Position numbers and translations under genes: made by a program. The notes below the pieces were generated by a model, which saw only the letters and a program-made list of their open reading frames with translations, made no database searches and was not told the origin of the DNA. A DNA stretch of 54,250 bases, filler included, from Squatina squatina (Eukaryota), in assembly GCA_031763465.1 (NCBI GenBank). It is 3 parts of 3 records of this genome, joined end to end, with 100 filler letters (N's around TTAATTAATTAA, not from the genome) between each part and the next. Parts side by side here need not be neighbours in the genome. Positions count along the whole stretch, not along the records: positions 40,147 to 54,250 come from JARFOE010000001.1; 2 more parts are not named here. The stretch is one strand, 5' to 3'. The first letter of the stretch is position 1. The number at the start of each line of letters is the position of its first letter. This document shows, piece after piece, positions 48,284-54,250 of the stretch.

Positions 48284-49296
48284 CTGTAAATTAAAGTTGC
48301 AAAAATTATAGTGCACTATTGCTTGTAAAACACTGAAGAAATCATAATAGTTTTACATGGCTTTTTAAAATCTGTACAGGTAGATTCAAGCAACATTAGT
48401 TGTAATTCAATCACTCGAAAATCAAGACATCAGGATTTGAAATAGAAGATCAGTAAACAGTAAAAGAAAGTAGGGCATGCTGTAGCAATGTATGGTATTA
48501 AGATGCTGGTTACAGGATTCGTACTCGATCCCAAACACTGGCAAGTTCCCGACTTTAATGGGGGTGGAGTAAAGACACCAACTGGAAGTCAAGTTTCTCT
48601 ATGGGAATGGAGAGTGGAAAGGACAGGAAAAAAAAACAACATTTTTCCACTCGGAAATGAGGTCCCAGCTGGATTCCACCTTCCCTAAATGTACTTTTCA
48701 ACAGGAGTTAAGGGAGGGACAGGAAAAGGGAGATTGTTGTCTGATTCCACCTCCTCCAGGGATGCTGAACGTAAATGTAGAACAGTTACCTCTGCTCTGG
48801 CTGTGATCAGTTAAGTCAACCAGATCCCTAGGATCTTGCTGGATGGTGTGGCTCAACGCCACATCCGGCATTATTATTTTTCTAATGATCTCAGTCATTC
48901 TTGAGATTCTCTGGAGGAAATTGCTGAACACCAATTTAAGAAAGCCGCTTGCAGAGCAGACGCACTAGAAAAATGTCAGGCAGCTGGGCAGTGTAGGAAC
49001 CGTGACAGATCAGAGGGCTGTCCTGTTCAACAAGATGGGTATCTCATTTTTTGGTGAGGCAGGGGAGGTATGTAGCTATACACATACATGCCAAAAGATG
49101 GAACATACATTATCTGTATGTATCGAAATCCCACCATCAGTGACTCATATCTACAGAATTGCATAACTTTTGAGTTTGTTTTCTTCTATGATGTCAAATT
49201 ACACGAGGGTATATGCCAGACTGTGGCCAGCTATCTAGAATGGAAGTTCGCATCCTATTATTCAACAAGCAAGATTTATAGCTTACCCAGGTAATC

Positions 49297-49865
49297 AAAA
49301 CAAAAGCAAAATACTATAGATGCTAGAAATCTAAAATAAAGACAGCGAGTGCTGGAAACACTCAGCAGGTTTAAATTTAAGTCTTTAATATTCCATCCCA
49401 CTCCTACCTCTCTCCCCTCGACCTCCTGCACTGTTACAATTGGGATCAATGCAAGCTTGCGGAACAGCACTTTACCTTTCGATCAGGTACTTTAAAGCCT
49501 TCCGGCTTCAACATTGAGTTCAACAAACTTTAGACCGTAACTACCGCTCCCATTTTCTCAGACAGCAGGTGCTGGCAATGGTTCTGCTGTAACCATTTAC
49601 AACTCCTCTGGACCAATCTTTTGTTTCTTTGCTCATCCCATCATCCATTTTGCCCATTTGTCATTTAATCACTCCTGCCCTCCACATGGTCAATATCTTT
49701 CCCTTTGTTCTTTACTCCACCACTTTTTCCCTGGCTCTGCACTGTTTACTCGAACATCTTCCAGTTCTGATAAAAGGTCATCAACCTGAAATGTTAACCT
49801 CTGTTTCTCTCTCCACAGATGCTACTTGACCTGCTGAGTGTTTCCAGTAATTTCGGTTTTTATTC
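49297..49865 (+). mobile_element. Penelope-like element: inverted head, GIY-YIG C-terminus remnant, tail with hammerhead motif
   Basis: 49297-49370 overlaps the reverse complement of the tail (ACCTGCTGAGTGTTTCCAG at ~49829). The body reads EQHFTFRSGTLKPSGFNIEFN. HHR-like motif at 49763-49799. Confidence 0.78.
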
Positions 49866-50737
49866 CGGATAATCAAGCCATCAATAGGAATCTTACTAAA
49901 AGGTTATCTCCCTTTATTTACAGCCTATTTAATTTGCTATTATAGCAGATCTTTAAAGAGCCTCCAGCTGTATTAGCTTGTTTACCAGGTTCACAGCTCT
50001 GCTTAATACAGGAGGTGGGTGAATGGCGAGGGCGGAGTGGGGGGGGTGTGTTACCCAAGTGCCTTTAAAGTTCATTTTGATTAATAATTCTTTAGCTGGA
50101 AGCTGCTTGAAAGTGTGTAGAAGTATGGCATCCTTTCCCTAGTCTGCTTCTCATTGTATCACTATATCAGCAGAAGCCAGAANNNNNNNNNNNNNNNNNN
50201 NNNNNNNNNNNNNNNNNNNNNNNNNNNNNNNNNNNNNNNNNNNNNNNNNNNNNNNNNNNNNNNNNNNNNNNNNNNNNNNNNNCACCAATTGTCCATCAGT
50301 TGTAGAGATCAGGAGCATACAGTAAGATCCAATGCTAATTAGATACTTTTCGACTGCCAGTCGAAAAAGGTTTTATCGTTTGCCAAGGCCTGCTATCCCA
50401 GCTTGCTTTGCACACAAGGTCATATTTTAGTTCATGGGAAGTGAGGGCTTGCCTCTGGAAGCAGACTTTTGTATTAGGCACAAGAAAAAGTATGCAGAAC
50501 GAGTCCAAATCATTACAGGGACATCCCTTTCAGAATGTCCACTCTGCAAAATAGGGAATTCGGGTTTCCTGTTTGTTTTTCAAGCTTCTACCAAGTAATA
50601 CTTTGAAAAGCTGAAGAAGAGGAATGTCCCTTTAAAAAAACTTGCCACCGCAGGCCTTGATTCGAGTCAAAATTATTGTTTTAAAAAGACAACTTTATGT
50701 ATACAATTTTCCAGATACTGATCTGATCACCACTTAC

Positions 50738-50814
50738 CTGAGGCAGTGTGTAATTGATGTGTTCTGTTCCACATCAACTGAAAGATCCAGAAAATCTTCA
50801 TCTTTGCTGCTAAC
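50738..50814 (-). CDS. USP46: USP46 exon (77 nt)
   Basis: cag|[27 protein letters not shown]|gtaagt; phase matches the exon at 48283. Confidence 0.95.
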
Positions 50815-50864
50815 CTGTAGAATACCCATTATGGAGTAAAATTAAGTCAGAATATACTTTGACA

Positions 50865-51318
50865 GAAAGGTCAAGTGTATGGGATACTCGTCTTTGTAAA
50901 TAGGGGTACTGAAAACAAAAACAAGGAAGTCATGATAAACCTTTACAAATCATTTGAGAGACCACAACTGGAATAGTGTGTAAAATTCTGGGCACCACAC
51001 TTTAGGAAGGATGCCAAGGCCCTGGAGAGAGAGTACAGAGGTTTATTAGGATGAGGTTTCAGTTATGTGGGGAGAAAGGAGAAGCTGGGATTATTCTCCT
51101 TAGAGCAGAGAAGGTTAAGGGGAGACCTAATAGAGGTATTCAAAATTATGCAGGATTTTGATAGAGCAAGAAGGGAGAAACTATTTCCTCTGGCAAGTGG
51201 GATGGTAACCAGAGGTCATAGATTTAAAACAATTGGCAAGAATTCTTGCCATAGAGGGAGTACAGAGAAGGTTCACCAGATTGATCCCTGGGATGGCAGG
51301 ACTTTCATATGAAGAAAG
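50865..51318 (+). mobile_element. CR1 LINE ORF2 fragments (two adjacent pieces)
   Basis: KLGLFSLEQRRLRGDLIEVFKIM and LAIEGVQRRFTRLIPGMAGLSYEE. Confidence 0.88.
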
Positions 51319-52528
51319 NNNNNNNNNNNNNNNNNNNNNNNNNNNNNNNNNNNNNNNNNNNNNNNNNNNNNNNNNNNNNNNNNNNNNNNNNNNNNNNNNN
51401 NNNNNNNNNNNNNNNNNNAGGTTGCAAGCAAACTCTGGAATTCAGGTTGGAAGCAAATTGTGGAATTTGCATCCACACCACGAATAAATCAGTTCACTAT
51501 GGGCCTCTTAACGCTAAAGATTGCACGTGTTTGAATGCTCAAATTGTAAAGTGGCTAATTGAGGGCGTCATTGAAAATTTTCAAAGAATCTCATTTCCAG
51601 CGCAAAATTCAGCACTTAGCGCTAGAAACTTTAAAAACCCGAATTGGCCGCCCATCATCTTTTAACAGCAAGTGTGCAACTACCACTGTCAAAATCACGG
51701 GATGGTAACAGCTAAAATAAAACCTTATTTCCTGATCTCTAAGGCAAAGACCAGCTCAAAAACCATCTGTCTGGAGGCTTCAAAAGTCATCCATTTTGTT
51801 CACAAACCAATTCAGATTCTCATCTGATCACTACTGGTTTTCTTGTTTCACTGCAACATGTGATACTATAGAGTTGAAGTAATTTTTTTTTTTTTTAAAG
51901 CTTACCTTGACTGAAGTAACAGGTTGAACATTCTACCATATATTTGTAAAACGATTACCTAACTTGAAAAATGAGAAACACTACAAACAAAGCATCCTCC
52001 ACATATCAAGATCCCACCTACATTAGTTATCGTTTGGGATTTTGTGTAACAATTGCTACGTGCAGCTGTAATTATTCATGTTTTTGTTGCCTCTAGTTAA
52101 AAGAAAAAAATCTGGCAATCCAATGCAGCAAAGTCATAAAACTGGGCATCAACTGAGTGATGTCAAAAACAAAAATCAAACTTCAATTTTCCTCCATTAC
52201 CTGATTTATACCAACGATAGGATATGTAACTGTATGCTTTGACAAGAGTGAAGATGATGTAATCTAAATATTTACAAGACTGTGAGATCTCTTCTGGTTG
52301 ATATGCAACACGTTCTTGGCCAATACCAAAACAGCCGTTATGTAAATGTCAGCTGGAAATAGAAATTGCCTTAAAAATAGGCTGAGAAGACTGCAATTAT
52401 ACCTGGAGTATGAAATTACACAATGTGGGACTAAAAACTATGAACAATGGATTGATTTGGGCAAGTAATAACTAAAATTTGCAATAATTAAACATTCAGA
52501 ATACATATAATCTCGTTGACATACTCAC

Positions 52529-52742
52529 CATTCTCTTTACGTAACCTGGAAATGAATTTCTTGGGAGGAATCACACCGACCTTTTTCTTCTGGGTGGCAA
52601 TGCTATGGAAGAGGTCAGCGAGACACGTCAGCAGGTTTTCCTTCTTCTTCTGTTGTGCCTTGTATGCAAGCACATTCTCTCGGAATGGTCGGCAGAAGTA
52701 CAGAGCTTGCAGCACAGAGTTACAATAGCAGGTGTTCCCAAA
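52529..52742 (-). CDS. USP46: USP46 exon with catalytic Cys box (214 nt)
   Basis: tag|[72 protein letters not shown]|gtgagt. Confidence 0.97.
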
Positions 52743-53302
52743 CTACCACAGTAAAAGACACGTGGCATTTAGATCATACATTAATACCATTCCAAATCAA
52801 CAATTTTCCTTAATTTTAAAAATATTTATATTTCAGTCAACCACAAGTTGGGAATATTTGCTTAAAAAGGTGATCAAGAGTCTGGCAAATTTTCATCAAA
52901 GTATATTTTGTAACATCCTATAAAGGTAAAACTGTACACTTTCATTGTAACATGCATTGCTTTGAAATCACAGTTGATTGAAATTGTATGATACAAAACT
53001 AAGGGTTATGCTTGAAATTAAGATTTTTTTAAAAAAAAACCAGAAGTAACCAGTTCCATACAGCATCAGCCATTTTAATTTCACTCAGCAATTTCATCTA
53101 GACAATGAGACACAAATAAGATCTTGTGATTCAAATTATCAAATCTATAAAAGAATCACAAGAAAAGCTTACCTACTATTTTTTCAGGGCAAGACACTTA
53201 CAAATTGTTTTTAGCTAACATTTAGCAGTTCTCACTATTTTTTCTTACCTGGGCAACATTTTATGCTTAAACCAACAAATCTATAGGAGTAAAAAAAAGG
53301 AA

Positions 53303-53358
53303 GTGCTGGAAATGTTCAGCAGGTCAGGCAGCATCTGTGGAGAGAACACCAGAATTAA
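53303..53358 (-). mobile_element. Penelope-like tail stub
   Basis: Reverse complement of CTCCACAGATGCTGCCTGACCTGCTGA...TTTCCAGCAC. Confidence 0.6.
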
Positions 53359-53744
53359 NNNNNNNNNNNNNNNNNNNNNNNNNNNNNNNNNNNNNNNNNN
53401 NNNNNNNNNNNNNNNNNNNNNNNNNNNNNNNNNNNNNNNNNNNNNNNNNNNNNNNNNNTTTAAACCTCTTACATTTCATCTTGTATCTATTTCCTGGTTC
53501 GAGACACCTCAATCACTGGAAACAGTTCATTTCTATCTGTCCCTTTCCTTCATAATTTTAAATACCTCTATTAAATCACCCCACAATCCCCCTTCTAATT
53601 CACTCCTCGGGAAAGAACAGAACAAAGAACAATAATCTACAGCCAAAATTGTTCGATCTTGAAACAACTGCTTATTTTTAAGCTAAAATAAACAAACTAA
53701 AAATAACTTTGTATTAGTTTCTTCAGACAGTGGAATAAACTTAC

Positions 53745-53825
53745 ATTGACCAAACCAAAGTAGTGTTCATTGATTGGGAACTGCTCTGGACCGATGTCTT
53801 TCTCCAGAGCAGAGGCATTGGTGCC
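53745..53825 (-). CDS. USP46: USP46 exon 2 (81 nt)
   Basis: cag|[27 protein letters not shown]|gtaagt, identical to recalled human USP46. Confidence 0.96.
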
Positions 53826-54250
53826 CTGCAACAAAAGCACAAGTGTTGGTGAGATGATGTTGAATTTAGGACAACCTACTGCAAGATTGCAAAACCATCC
53901 ATCATCAGAAATTCATCACAATATTACCATAATTTTTTTTTTTTTAATTAATGCAGATATTCTCCCAATCGTGCATAGAATTTCATCAATGGTTTTGCTA
54001 GTGAAATGTGAATATGAGAAAGGACCATGCCATTTGATATTGCATTTACATTGTCGAACAGACAAACTCCATTTGACATGATTAAATAGTGTAAACTAGC
54101 ATGATTCAGATATGTAACAAAAACCTACATTTATATGGCGCCAGTAACATAATAAGTCATCTAAGATGCAGATGGACATCAGACCGAAGGAGACGAAAGT
54201 GAACGATAGATTTGGATAGGATTCCTGGAGTGCGGGGAAATTGGGGGGGG

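Noticed and set aside
50347-50367. 21-bp palindrome TTTTCGACTG-C-CAGTCGAAAA
   Set aside because: Isolated, with a 1-nt spacer and no supporting context.

Overview
Vertebrate nuclear DNA, most likely a cartilaginous fish (shark-type Deu-domain SINEs, CR1, L2 and Penelope repeats), from a highly fragmented assembly. Most gaps are fixed 100-N fillers. Two N44-TTAATTAATTAA-N44 linkers (13494-13593, 40047-40146) look like artificial joins, so the window is three blocks. Block 1 (+) holds the 3' end of dystrophin (32-nt exon 78, dual-frame exon 79, full 3'UTR with poly(A) signal), then the first coding exon of TAB3. Block 2 holds DMTF1 (-, 2 exons), ELAPOR2/KIAA1324L (+, 2 exons) and GRM3 (-, 3 exons), then about 14 kb with no recognised exons. 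Block 3 holds USP46 (-, 5 exons). Gene order matches human Xp21 and 7q21. The ORF track misses many of these short exons; I found them by translating between splice sites and comparing with orthologue sequences recalled from memory, with no database search. The most interesting signals are degenerate minimal hammerhead ribozyme motifs in Penelope-like element tails, a Phe-to-Ile change at the G-protein-coupling residue in mGlu3 ICL3, the conserved dystrophin exon 78/79 C-terminal switch, a repeated acidic motif in DMTF1 and a candidate alternative GRM3 tail exon. I found no convincing wholly new system. Repeat boundaries are approximate.
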